A stretch of 39,510 bases of DNA. Source: Octopus bimaculoides (lineage: Eukaryota). Positions 24,535 to 36,840 of this stretch are shown here, piece after piece. Under the pieces are notes generated by a model, which worked only from the letters and a program-made list of their open reading frames with translations, searched no databases and was not told the origin of the DNA. The position numbers and the translations under genes are program-made. The stretch lies in the NCBI RefSeq assembly GCF_001194135.2, contig NC_068992.1, positions 30,520,759 through 30,560,268 on the forward strand, read 5' to 3'. Numbering within the stretch: position 1 is the stretch's first letter; each line of letters begins with the position of its first letter.

Positions 24535-24606
24535 ATCAGTTTAGCTCAAAGGTAAAGCACTGGATGCGTAAACAAAGGGATGTGAGATCGAGTCTCATGG
24601 CTGGCA
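24535..24606 (+). pseudogene. tRNA-Thr(CGT)-like pseudogene
   Basis: 72 nt: TAGCTCA A-box, AGCACTGG..CGTAAAC anticodon region typical of tRNA-Thr, T-arm GTGAG-ATCGAGT-CTCAT, acceptor ATCAGTT/GGCTGGC. Anticodon stem pairs at only 2 of 5 positions and position 33 is G rather than U. Confidence 0.7.
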
Positions 24607-25500
24607 GTCGACAGATTTTTCTGCAAAATGTAGGCAGTTTATCCTGTTCGTGCTATATTATTAGCATTATCCTGTATTATAAATTCAGAATAATATAATT
24701 TCCTTATCCTTCAATACATCTCAACGCTTTTAAAGCAAAATTTTCTTTACTTTCATCGTAATCTGAATTTAAGTTACATACACACATGNNNNNNNNNNNN
24801 NNNNNNNNNNNNNNNNNNNNNNNNNNNNNNNNNNNNNNNNNNNNNNNNNNNNNNNNNNNNNNNNNNNNNNNNNNNNNNNNNNNNNNNNNNNNNNNNNNNN
24901 NNNNNNNNNNNNNNNNNNNNNNNNNNNNNNNNNNNNNNNNNNNNNNNNNNNNNNNNNNNNNNNNNNNNNNNNNNNNNNNNNNNNNNNNNNNNNNNNNNNN
25001 NNNNNNNNNNNNNNNNNNNNNNNNNNNNNNNNNNNNNNNNNNNNNNNNNNNNNNNNNNNNNNNNNNNNNNNNNNNNNNNNNNNNNNNNNNNNNNNNNNNN
25101 NNNNNNNNNNNNNNNNNNNNNNNNNNNNNNNNNNNNNNNNNNNNNNNNNNNNNNNNNNNNNNNNNNNNNNNNNNNNNNNNNNNNNNNNNNNNNNNNNNNN
25201 NNNNNNNNNNNNNNNNNNNNNNNNNNNNNNNNNNNNNNNNNNNNNNNNNNNNNNNNNNNNNNNNNNNNNNNNNNNNNNNNNNNNNNNNNNNNNNNNNNNN
25301 NNNNNNNNNNNNNNNNNNNNNNNNNNNNNNNNNNNNNNNNNNNNNNNNNNNNNNNNNNNNNNNNNNNNNNNNNNNNNNNNNNNNNNNNNNNNNNNNNNNN
25401 NNNNNNNNNNNNNNNNNNNNNNNNNNNNNNNNNNNNNNNNNNNNNNNNNNNNNNNNNNNNNNNNNNNNNNNNNNNNNNNNNNNNNNNNNNNNNNNNNNNN

Positions 25501-25549
<49 letters not shown>
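25501..25549. repeat. (AG)n microsatellite
   Basis: Direct reading; (CT)n tracts also at ~10060-10103, ~21874-21920 and the window end. Confidence 0.95.
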
Positions 25550-25552
<3 letters not shown>

Positions 25553-26584
25553 ATTATAGATAGGGAGATATATCTGACGTCAAAATAATTTTATAAACTT
25601 TCGAGGAACGTGAAATAAATCTGTTTTGGAATAATGGATTAGATAGAAATAATAGCATGTAAATTTTGCGTTCAGAAACTGTATGGATAAAAAAAAGAAA
25701 ATGTCCGGAACTGCCAGTGGGAATAGAAACTGCATCTGTAGGCATTAGATAGTTCGAGTCCGAATGATAGCCTCCGAATCTTTTCGTTCAAAATGAGTCT
25801 TTCAACATCATATTTACATTCTCCTTTTTATAACTACGTAATTGATTTATTCTAAAAAAGAATTCTCTAAGTATAGATAGATAAATATGTACATATACAC
25901 ATTCATACACCCACACACACTGATATATGTGTGCATTTACATGAACTTATATATGTATATGTAAGTAAGAATATTTGTGTGTTGTATGTTAAAATTAATT
26001 AATATGCTGATGATTACCCAACAAAACTCTGTTTATTGATAAAAAAGTGAGGTTATGAGAGAGAGATACGGGTTGCTGCATTCACATATAAAGAATTACA
26101 TAGTATTGCACAACTTACAGAGACTAGTGGTTTGATAGACAGATAATTAGAAATCTAGGCATAAAAGAAATTGAAACGCACGTACGCTACCAATTTTCTT
26201 GATTGATAGGTAGTAAGACACATACATATGTAACACTCAAACATCTCTCACATTGAGAGAATCAGAGAAAATGTGAGTGGCAAATAGTAAAGTAAATATA
26301 TTGATTGCGACCGAACTAATTCACAATTCGAGACATCTACGTAGACAGCGTCATAGATGAACACAAAGTTGAAGAGACTCGAATATTCAATACTATGCAA
26401 GTTAATGTCTTTGTATATTTGAAAAAGAACGTTTAGATATTTGAAGTTCTATAATAGAGATAGGGGATATAGGGCTTTTGTATTACAAGAAAGCAGAGTT
26501 AAATAAACGCTGAAGAATCTCGAGCCAGGAATATACAATATTACAGACGGATTGCCTGAGATATACAGATGTACAAAACGTTTG

Positions 26585-26660
26585 ATTTGAATTTGGAAAC
26601 AATTCAGCAATTTCGGGGAGGAGCTGAGTCTATTACATCGACACCAGGCCTCAATAGCTA
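26585..26660 (-). mobile_element. SINE family 2, 3' fragment
   Basis: GAATTTGGAAACAATTCAGCAATTTCGGGGAGGAGCTGAGTCTATTACATCGACACCAG resembles 12326-12410. Confidence 0.5.
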
Positions 26661-27364
26661 ATTTTGTAACAGGCACGCTAGGCCGTACGTGAAGTTGTTT
26701 GCATGACCATATAGCGTAACTCAGTACGGAGCTCAAAACAATTAACAAAGCATACAAAGACTCTCGCCACAATACACACAAGTGAACATTCCAATTAAAA
26801 ATTATCCTTATTTTTTAGATGCCCGATGCGCCAACAACTAGAAAGACAAAAAAAAACGCATCAAATTCTTCTGTTTTGAAAATGTCATGCTAATAGAATG
26901 AATGCATGATGGGTTCAAAAGGGTTGTTAATACTCAAATAATTGATTATTTAATTATTTTAATAATTAACTGAAAAAGAAAACAGATATGGATAGAATGT
27001 GATTTGGGTGTGATGTACGTTTCTAATGAAACTCTTTGAACAGGCTACTTTGCAGCAATAATGTCAAAACGGTTACAAAAATTATATATATATATATNNN
27101 NNNNNNNNNNNNNNNNNNNNNNNNNNNNNNNNNNNNNNNNNNNNNNNNNNNNNNNNNNNNNNNNNNNNNNNNNNNNNNNNNNNNNNNNNNNNNNNNNNNN
27201 NNNNNNNNNNNNNNNNNNNNNNNNNNNNNNNNNNNNNNNNNNNNNNNNNNNNNNNNNNNNNNNNNNNNNNNNNNNNNNNNNNNNNNNNNNNNNNNNNNNN
27301 NNNNNNNNNNNNNNNNNNNNNNNNNNNNNNNNNNNNNNNNNNNNTATATATATATATATATATA

Positions 27365-27635
27365 TGATACAAATGATATGTGAGCATATGCATATATACA
27401 TACATATATGTACATACATACATCTACATGTATATATCCATACATATCCGGGTATAAGACGTCAAAAAAATGACGTGGACAAAAAAGGAACGGGAACATA
27501 AACAAAGCACAAAATAACGAAATATTTTTAAGGACAACAGATTGAACACATAGGAAAACAGACAAGCCACATATGGAACTTTTCCTTCATCAGCTGCCTC
27601 TATTCTAAACTAAGCGTTTCGAAGATGAGGCAGAA
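27365..27635 (-). mobile_element. Dispersed repeat copy B (homologue of 15060-15290)
   Basis: Same ordered blocks as copy A; both copies directly follow (TA)n beside a gap. Confidence 0.55.
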
Positions 27636-27892
27636 TGCGGTGTGTATACTTAGTCACATGAAATAGAGGCAAAAAACAAAAAGAGTCAATTGGATGTACA
27701 CAGGGAAAACACCCGTGTCGTTAAACGGCCGGTAAATAACTGACTGGAAGTTGGAGACAGTAGAGTATGTAGGTTCTGAAGTCAGGAAAAGGCAACAATA
27801 TTCCGTGTGTGTGTAGGTATGTTTGTGTTGGAGTGGGTGACAGAAAAATTGAGACTAAAATAAAAATGATGCCGTTACAGGGAAGTGAGTAT

Positions 27893-27967
<75 letters not shown>

Positions 27968-27988
27968 TACACACACACACACACACAT

Positions 27989-28024
<36 letters not shown>

Positions 28025-28929
28025 GTATATATATATAACTACACGCACACGCATACACGCGCAAAAATCGCACATATACCTCCCCACACAACACCTCGTT
28101 CACACACATATGGACACATACATACACCCGCACACACTTCACACAAAACACACACAGAGCATATACATACACGCACGTACACATCCTATCAACACACTGA
28201 CCTTCACGCGCGCACATATCCACACATACACACACCTACCTCCTTCTTTTGCACTCACCTGTCTTAGAAAGAACTTTTTCTTCACCCATTCCCTTCCGGA
28301 CGCGTGTGCATCTTTGGCGATTTTCTTTCATCTTCTTCCCTTTCCTGAGCGTCCAATAACACAGTATTTGTTCTACGCACTCGAGTTGTTTTATCTTGCT
28401 TCTTCTTGCTTGGATTGACTGTATATATATATATATATATATATATATNNNNNNNNNNNNNNNNNNNNNNNNNNNNNNNNNNNNNNNNNNNNNNNNNNNN
28501 NNNNNNNNNNNNNNNNNNNNNNNNNNNNNNNNNNNNNNNNNNNNNNNNNNNNNNNNNNNNNNNNNNNNNNNNNNNNNNNNNNNNNNNNNNNNNNNNNNNN
28601 NNNNNNNNNNNNNNNNNNNNNNNNNNNNNNNNNNNNNNNNNNNNNNNNNNNNNNNNNNNNNNNNNNNNNNNNNNNNNNNNNNNNNNNNNNNNNNNNNNNN
28701 NNNNNNNNNNNNNNNNNNNNNNNNNNNNNNNNNNNNNNNNNNNNNNNNNNNNNNNNNNNNNNNNNNNNNNNNNNNNNNNNNNNNNNNNNNNNNNNNNNNN
28801 NNNNNNNNNNNNNNNNNNNNNNNNNNNNNNNNNNNNNNNNNNNNNNNNNNNNNNNNNNNNNNNNNNNNNNNNNNNNNNNNTATATATATATACGCACGCA
28901 CACACACACACATATACACACACACACAT

Positions 28930-28962
<33 letters not shown>

Positions 28963-30291
28963 ACACAAACGAATGGGTATTTCAAAATCCGGGCAGATAA
29001 TTTATACGCACTACATATCGTCCAGTTGGTAACACTAGAAAGCGAGTAGATCATATTATTGCAGTCATAGATCTGTTGCAATAGTAAATCATGAGTTTGC
29101 TTCTATGAACTACCCATAAAACCTTAGACTGTATTAGAAGTACGTATTTATTATTTGTACCCCTACATTAAATTTACATTACTATATTTTTATTTTGTTA
29201 TGTCTTGGCTGTTTTGGAAACATGTATAACTCTAGACTAGTAATGAATCCGTTTGTCACCTAACTGAGTCACCGAATAATCACAAGTATTAACTAAAGAT
29301 TGCACTCCATGTTTAGTATTAGCTAATTCATTGAGCGTTTGTCAATTTTGAATGCCTTTTTTATCTGATGTCTATTTTTTACTTATTGTCAACAGTTAGG
29401 AGGTAGTTACGAATAAACGATCGAAAAGTCATTGTTAATATTCAAGAAATAGTAACGCTAAAGGCTTCAATGATGAAATACCGAAAAGACTTCTGTATAT
29501 ATATAAGAATGTAGATAAGTATCTAAATGTGGAAGCGTATTCAAATTATATAGAATATATCGAATTAAAACCGCTCTGTATGTTCTCGGGGTGAACATGT
29601 ACTTCCGTTAAATTAAAGAAGTCCTTTTGGTTGACAGCTGACCTAATTTCTGGCTGATTTTGTGCTCCACCTACTGTTGCTATAGCGCTCAGTACTTTCA
29701 ACAACCTAGTTATATTTTAAGAAATATATTATGCTTTAATTTTATCTATATCTTATCAAATTTCAAAATTGCCTTCGAATTATTTTCGTTCGATGTCGTT
29801 GACAATTTAATGCCCATATTTACATCAATATTACTTGTTTACATATTATGTAGGTAATCAAATATCTCTTTATTTATCGTTGTATAGTAAATTTATAACC
29901 TAAATCATTCTCGCACTTACATTGAGCCAATATATCTACCTTAATGCATACGTAATACCAACCAATTTCCTTTTGATTTTTCTGACTATTCTAACCACAT
30001 ACATATTAGTTTTGCCTAATACTGCATATTATTTCATAAAATTACTGTCAATATTCTGCGTCAGCTACAGGTTGCTCTTCAGCCTCTGGACATCGTTTAT
30101 TGAGTAAAACTATGATCAAAGTTAGTCAAGACAGGGCCTTCTAAGCTTTCCTGTTACAATATAGCACTACGGAACACACAGTATCAAAATATATTTTTAA
30201 TAAAACAGTAGATTTTGATTTGAGATAATTTACTTGCTATGTCTAGCAGATGGAGATGAGAGCCAGGAGCATTCCTTAGGAATTTTTTATT

Positions 30292-30551
30292 GATATAAAG
30301 TCAGGCTGCGAGAACGAATCTTCAAGTAGCGGATGAGCGATATTTTTCTTCACATAAGGATATTTGCTAAAGTGTCCTCCTTTAATACATTATAGATCTG
30401 AATGATTCATGAAAATTGCCAGGTGAAGAATTATTTTGCCGTTGGTTCTATATTTGGTGATGTGACTAAACCAAATTATTTTTCAATATTCTTCTTTTTT
30501 TTCGGAAATGCTCGTATATTAAATTTGCTCTTCGATTTACTGTAGATATCT
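30292..30551. repeat. Diverged direct repeat, copy 1
   Basis: Blocks GGCTGCGAGAAYGAATCTTCAARTAG, AAAGTRTCCTCCTTT, TCTATATTTGSTGATGTGAYTAAACCAAAT and GCTCTTCGATTTAMTGTAGATAT shared with 31936-32184. Confidence 0.85.
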
Positions 30552-31099
30552 ATGCTTAGTGACAGAAGATACGAACAATATATTTTTTTTAAATATCAAC
30601 TAATTATGCACGTGTCCAAATGTTGCAGCTGATCGGTTAAGCACGTTCCTTATCGATGAATATATGCTACAGATTTATTCAGGTAGCCTAGTGCACTTGA
30701 CTTGTTTGAAACTTCTTTCAAATAATACTATCCTGTTACTATATAGACAAACACCCACACACAAACGTACACACATGCAGTAAGGACTTAAATATATATA
30801 TATATAATTGACAACATTTAGAATTGACGATGATGAAGTAAATGTATGAAACATATAAGTTCTTTTTAACTTAATAGTTTTATACAGAGAGTACAAAGTT
30901 ATAACAATTCAAATTAATATCTAAAATTGTGCCACTTCTTATAATCTCTAATCACTTGGCACGTAGTAGCCATATATAAATCTATATATGTATGTAAATA
31001 TATGTATATATATATATATATATATATNNNNNNNNNNNNNNNNNNNNNNNNNNNNNNNNNNNNNNNNNNNNNNNNNNNNNNNNNNNNNNNNNNNNNNNN

Positions 31100-31147
<48 letters not shown>

Positions 31148-31935
31148 AACAGACATGCATACATCCACTCACAAACACATATATAGCCACAAGTATTATG
31201 TTAATATATTGGATTATTTCTTCTACATTATCTTTTCAGATTCTAAACTAAATTCCACAGAGAATTGTTCTTCACCAACTATAATCGATTTATTACCAAT
31301 CTAACACACATTGCCAACTCAGGTACCTAGAAAGCTTTATTGCCAATTAAAAGGTGAGTGACGAACATTAGGAATGTCATATTATACTAATTTGTGATAT
31401 TCAATTGTCCTCATAATAATATTTTGTAGAGAGAAGAGTTTTATTGTTCGATATAGAATGTTGTACTGTGAATTTTCAAAGCCTTATGGTCTATAATGTT
31501 TCCATTCCTAACATTCTAGATAATATACAAGACCATATTTTACAATTCTTGTAGCATGTTTAAATGGTTTTTGCCATATTTTCGCTTTCAAAAGGCTATT
31601 ATTCTTCTTTCAATATGCATTCTTCCACAAGCATTATTTTAAGTGCGATGTTTGTTTCAGTTTTCACACAATGCGAAATAATATGACTCTTGTATGTTTT
31701 TCAGTTCCAGAGTTTCAAATTATGTCCGATTTTCTAGTGACGTCAATATTTGTAGATTGTGTGGAGATTGTCCTGCATATAGATTTCGAATATGGTTTCA
31801 TGATTAACTATTGCAGTTGTGAAATCTTGATACACTCTTATTTTTAAATATCTTTAATATCTTGAAATTTCTGAAGAAGGGTCACATACAGCAGACAGAA
31901 AGATGAGTCAGAAACACTCTTCTGTAAGTTTGTAT

Positions 31936-32184
31936 TCATATAAAGGCTGCGAGAATGAATCTTCAAATAGTGAAAGTGTAACATTTCCCTTCAGCATATG
32001 AATGTTTGCGAAAGTATCCTCCTTTTTATACATTATGAATCTGAATATCTCATACACATATGGACGCGAATTTTTATTTTCCCTTTCTTCTATATTTGCT
32101 GATGTGATTAAACCAAATCCCTTTACTTTATTATTTTTTTAACGCTCGTTGGTTGACTTCGCTCTTCGATTTAATGTAGATATT
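31936..32184. repeat. Diverged direct repeat, copy 2
   Basis: Offset about 1641 bp from copy 1, same orientation. Confidence 0.85.
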
Positions 32185-32381
32185 ATTAACTAGTAGCAGC
32201 TAGGATACTTTTCTTCAATTTTAAAGTATTGTATATATGATCTATTACTCTTCCTCTCTGTACTTAGTGAATATTATGTGTGACAATGATTTTTCTTTTA
32301 TTTAGTAAAAGGGTAGTAATGAGACAAGGTGCATATAATTCTTTATACGGCTTGCGCATGAAAATAAAGGCTTCTATAATT

Positions 32382-33535
32382 TACGAGGATCGGTTGAAAC
32401 GTTCATAGGCTAAAATGATGCTCTCATGAAATGTGACCAAATAATATGCAATTTTCAACATAATCGTATTCCATTGCTGTTATAATGCATGGATCCCATT
32501 GATTAATGAGTTGTCATCTTGATGATCAAAAAATTCATTTAAAGCCGATATAATGTCATCCATGTTGGAGAAGATGTGACAGTCAGGAGAATAGGCAGAG
32601 TGATCAACCAGTTCAAAGACAGTCATGCACAGCAGCTGTATGCTGGAGCATTTTTATAATGCAATAGGACCCCTTTTGTCAGTTTGGCAGATTGTTTGTT
32701 CTTAATAGATCTTTGTATCCGCCTTATGAAGTTGGTATAGTGCTCTCCGTTCATACATCTGACACCAACACCTTCCATGCAGAGGTGATGTCCTCAGCCT
32801 TCTTTGGGGAGGTTTGGAGGAGTCGTTTCACTGCATATATTATCCCTTTGTCGCTGGTTGAAAGTGATAAATCCATCAATCATCATTGGTTATGAAATGT
32901 TCAAGGAAGCCAGCTGGATATGCCTCTAACAATGTCAGATTTTGGCGTCACGTAATTAACCAGATGCGCTTTCGATCAGGTATAAGAAGACGTGGCACCC
33001 ACCGAACAAATACAGTAATCATTGTGCAGAATGATGAAGGTTTCCTTGTGCAGAATATAATCAGCTCTCTTACGGGATATGTTAGTAGTCTTTGCTATCT
33101 AATTTATAGTCAATCGCCTGTCACAGATCACTTTGTAGTGAATTCGATCAATGTTTTTCGTCAGTAATGGCTGTTTTAGGAGTTCACATCCTTGGATTAT
33201 CTTTAACATTCTTCGTTACCCTTCTACATTCAGCTGCTCCCATCTCACATTTGCACTGTTGATAAAGCTGGAGCGTCATAGCCTAATGTAGGAACCATGA
33301 CGTCATGAGTATCTTTGAGAAGTGAACCTTTTTTCTGAAGGTTCTTGATAACTCCATGCTACCAAGTAAAGTTGCTAGTAGTTGCTTTTAAATCTTCTTA
33401 GGACAACCAGGTGTTAGGTGGCTAAGGGAAGTAATTCAGCTATTAATAAGAGCTGAAAGTAATGCATGCAAGATTTTATAGCTCAAGCATCACTCCTTCA
33501 GAGATTGCCAATGAACTTTTCAGCACGCCTTCGCA
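32382..33535 (-). mobile_element. Decayed mariner element with both TIRs and a disrupted transposase
   Basis: TIRs TACGAGGATCGGTTGAAACGTTCAT (32382) and ATGAACTTTTCAGCACGCCTTCG (33511-33533). Minus-strand peptides GVIKNLQKKG, APALSTVQ, DRRLTIN, RWVPRLL (32984-33004; WVPxxL motif), ITNDD*WIYHFQP, HYKNAPAY and AYSPD (32582-32596; YSPDL motif). Many stops, frameshifts and deletions. Confidence 0.92.
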
Positions 33536-34090
33536 GAGGTTTCTGAGGTTGGTGAGAGACAAAAAAATGTTGGAAATACAACTTCTAGTGTAGGTAGCAA
33601 CAATATAACTTCATCAACCAAGGAACTTTTGCCAGCCTTCTTTCTGGCTTTTACGAATCTTAGGTCTATAGAATTTTACTCATATATCCAAAGTCATCTG
33701 CCGAAAGTTTTCTTTTAGTGGAATTGAACCAGAAAAATCAGAATGTTAAAGCAAATGACATAAGGTAATTCCAATTAAATCATATGTTATCTGTAGGAGA
33801 TAAGTTGTGACATTCAAATTTCTCAGAAACTCTCATTTATTTAGTGTTTTGCACTATGTTGATATTAAAATGTATTCATCTAAAGAGTTTATTTGCATTA
33901 ATCTTGACATATATGTTATTAATGACTTAACGTGACTCTACTGTATCATTAACTTCCTCTTTACTCTAAAATAACAATGGTATTCCCTGGGCTTATTGAA
34001 ATATGATGTTACAAATGACTATGTTCATGATTTGCGAATAAGTCCATTGTAAATATTTTATGGTGTTTCTACATCGGCTATTCTCATCGG

Positions 34091-34107
34091 TACTGCTGCT
34101 ACTGCTG

Positions 34108-34157
<50 letters not shown>

Positions 34158-34182
34158 GCTGCTGCTGCTACTGCTGCTGCTG

Positions 34183-34230
<48 letters not shown>
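34091..34230. repeat. Compound (CTA)n/(CTG)n trinucleotide repeat
   Basis: Direct reading; source of the poly-L and poly-V ORFs. Confidence 0.95.
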
Positions 34231-34235
<5 letters not shown>

Positions 34236-35525
34236 TCCACCAACATCATAATTATTATTTCCCCAATTACGATACTTCCATTCTTAATCAAGCTTTTCAA
34301 TATAGTTGTCAACTTTGATTCTTGTTAGATTTGATTTCTACATGGCTAAATACTTCATTCGGGGCAAATCTCAAATCTCGATATGTACGTCATACCTACA
34401 ATGCATTAATTGCATGTAAGGGTTGTCTTTCGTTCTTGTTTTATCGACTGCTAACTTGTTGCCGCATAGAGAAAATATGGAAGTCATCTACTTCGTGCAT
34501 TTAATTCCGTAACTTATAGTTATTGAACGTAGTCACTGGAAGTGGTTACGGTATCAACATTTCATGTGACATCTTCAAAAGGCGCACGACTACAATTTGC
34601 TGCACACTTTGTGTTAATTACTATGTGCATCATTAGGAAAGTTCAGAAGCAAACTGAAACCCCGAGAAATGGAAGCGACCTCCCCACTAAAATTGTAGTC
34701 TACAATCCTAAAATAAGATAAAACACACTGAGTTATGTGGTCTAAGATAAACTGTTTGAAATGTTGGTGGTCATAAATGGAATGTTATTGGTTATATGTC
34801 TACATGATTAAGGCCTTTTGGTGCTAAACGCTTGTTCAATGTGCTAGATATTTCCATTCATGTACCTTCTAGTCAGAATGCTACTAAACATTTTCACCAG
34901 CATTTATGTTGTATAAAAGCTAGATGGCCATAAATTAGCTTAATATGGAGGTTGATTCGAGTATAGAATGTCGTGAAAGACGGGTGGGTAAATTAGATAT
35001 GTTAGAGAAAATGTTTAGGAGCACAGAAATGGTCAGACGTAATTTCTTTATCATATGATCTCTAAACATTTAATATTATTATTCATTCTGTTTTGCATTT
35101 TGCTACTTATAATCTGCCCATGAAAATAGATTAGTAATTTTTAGTCAATCCGACATGCTTTTACTTTTTGTCAATTTCATAATTTTTGAAATTTGCATTT
35201 TGATTAAGTACTATGTTCAATAGTTTAGTTTTGTCTACAAAGTGCTGAAGATAATACTGTTGGAAATGATAATACGACTTAATCAAGGACTTATTTAAAA
35301 GAATCAACTGAAGAATCACATTCTGTACCATGGATAGATAATAAGGATTGTAAAACATGTTGGTTATATCATCTTACCAATGTACTACTGGTTAATCTTA
35401 CGTAAACTACGCACTTTACAGCAAATACTTCGAGATAATATTACACAAAAAAAATGAGACATGACATGGACCATAACACATAATTCTCATGCATCCATAT
35501 ACAATACATATTTGTTAAATGTTTG

Positions 35526-35581
35526 AATGTGTGTTTAGATGTTATACCTCCTTAATGTGTGTTTTGATGTTATACCTCACT
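35526..35581. repeat. 28-bp tandem duplication
   Basis: AATGTGTGTTTAGATGTTATACCTCCTT followed by AATGTGTGTTTTGATGTTATACCTCACT. Confidence 0.85.
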
Positions 35582-35730
35582 AATTCCGTTTTTGTAACAT
35601 TGTCATATAATTTTAACCCTAATTGCGTAGCAGCCGTAATTAATACCCGCTATTCACGGGATTCAATGAAATATTCGTATTGTAATATCATGTAACATAT
35701 TTCTTCCTATGTTGTCTTCAATTATTGTCT

Positions 35731-35816
35731 TTAATTATGATTGACAGTCCAGGCTCTTCGTTTATATTCGCTCGCACTTTTCTTACAACGCAACTCACCC
35801 GCTTCCGGAGCACCTG
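35731..35816. promoter_or_regulatory. Candidate TF-motif cluster (PBX-MEIS/PREP, ETS, E-box)
   Basis: TTAATTA directly overlapping TGATTGACAG (35738-35747); CGCTTCCGG (reverse CCGGAAGCG, ~35800-35808); CACCTG (35811-35816). Confidence 0.25.
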
Positions 35817-36080
35817 ATCTGATTGTGAATTTGAATATTAGGTACTGCCTAAATATTAACTTGGTGCTTATCTAATCTTGCGAAAGACTGTCTTTATCCT
35901 TAACACTTCATCACACAAACTTCAGAGAGAGAGAGAGAGAGGGGGGGAGAGACAGACAGAGAAACACATACACAATCAAATGTAAATATGTGTTAAATGC
36001 AAATATATATGTATATGCATATATATTGTGTGTACATTTGTAAGTATATATATATATAAATATAGTTTTATTTATTTATT

Positions 36081-36094
36081 TATTATTATTATTA

Positions 36095-36167
<73 letters not shown>

Positions 36168-36183
36168 CATCATCATTATTATT
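36081..36183. repeat. (ATT)n microsatellite
   Basis: Direct reading. Confidence 0.95.
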
Positions 36184-36744
36184 CCTACAGCGTATTCGAC
36201 GTGGAAGTGATGCATCTAATTTTTCAGCGCACTATGCTACATCGTTTTATTTTCTTTCATAAAAGTACGAGATTCGTTATTTTTCATTTTATATTTCCCA
36301 ATCTTCTATTATACTTGTTTTATTGTTTATCTTTTAACTGAAAAAATACAATCAAACTAAACAAATAAATTATTCGTCTTTTAACAAATCTACGTGGAAG
36401 CTATAAGAAAACTCTCTAGGAACAGTAAAAATGTCAGACTGAATTAGAATTGCAATATCAGTTATGGTTTAGACTTTTTTCTCCTTGCTTTTTTATGGCT
36501 GTGCTGTTTTTATTGCGTCTTCTGTCTCCAGCCAGACTTTGTAGGTCTCCAACTCTATAAATCTCCTCGTCATTATCGTTTATATCATGAACGTCATCAT
36601 TATAATAATCATTATCATAACCCACATCGTCATTTTGTTTCAGTTCTTTTTTTTAATCATTTTGGTCGAGCGTCCCCCCATATATATATATAAAAAGATA
36701 CTTATATATTTATATATATATCTACATATACATATACATATACG

Positions 36745-36840
<96 letters not shown>

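Noticed and set aside
26449-26781. 110-aa minus-strand ORF
   Set aside because: It overlaps a SINE family 2 fragment, and I recognise no homology or splice context.
31240-31923. Strong plus-strand acceptor/donor pairs (31240-31353 and 31705-31923)
   Set aside because: All three frames contain stops in both segments, so they are not coding exons. Non-coding use cannot be judged without RNA data.
17806-35581. Short direct repeats considered as CRISPR-like arrays
   Set aside because: Only two units each, no unique spacers of constant length, no cas genes, and a eukaryotic context.
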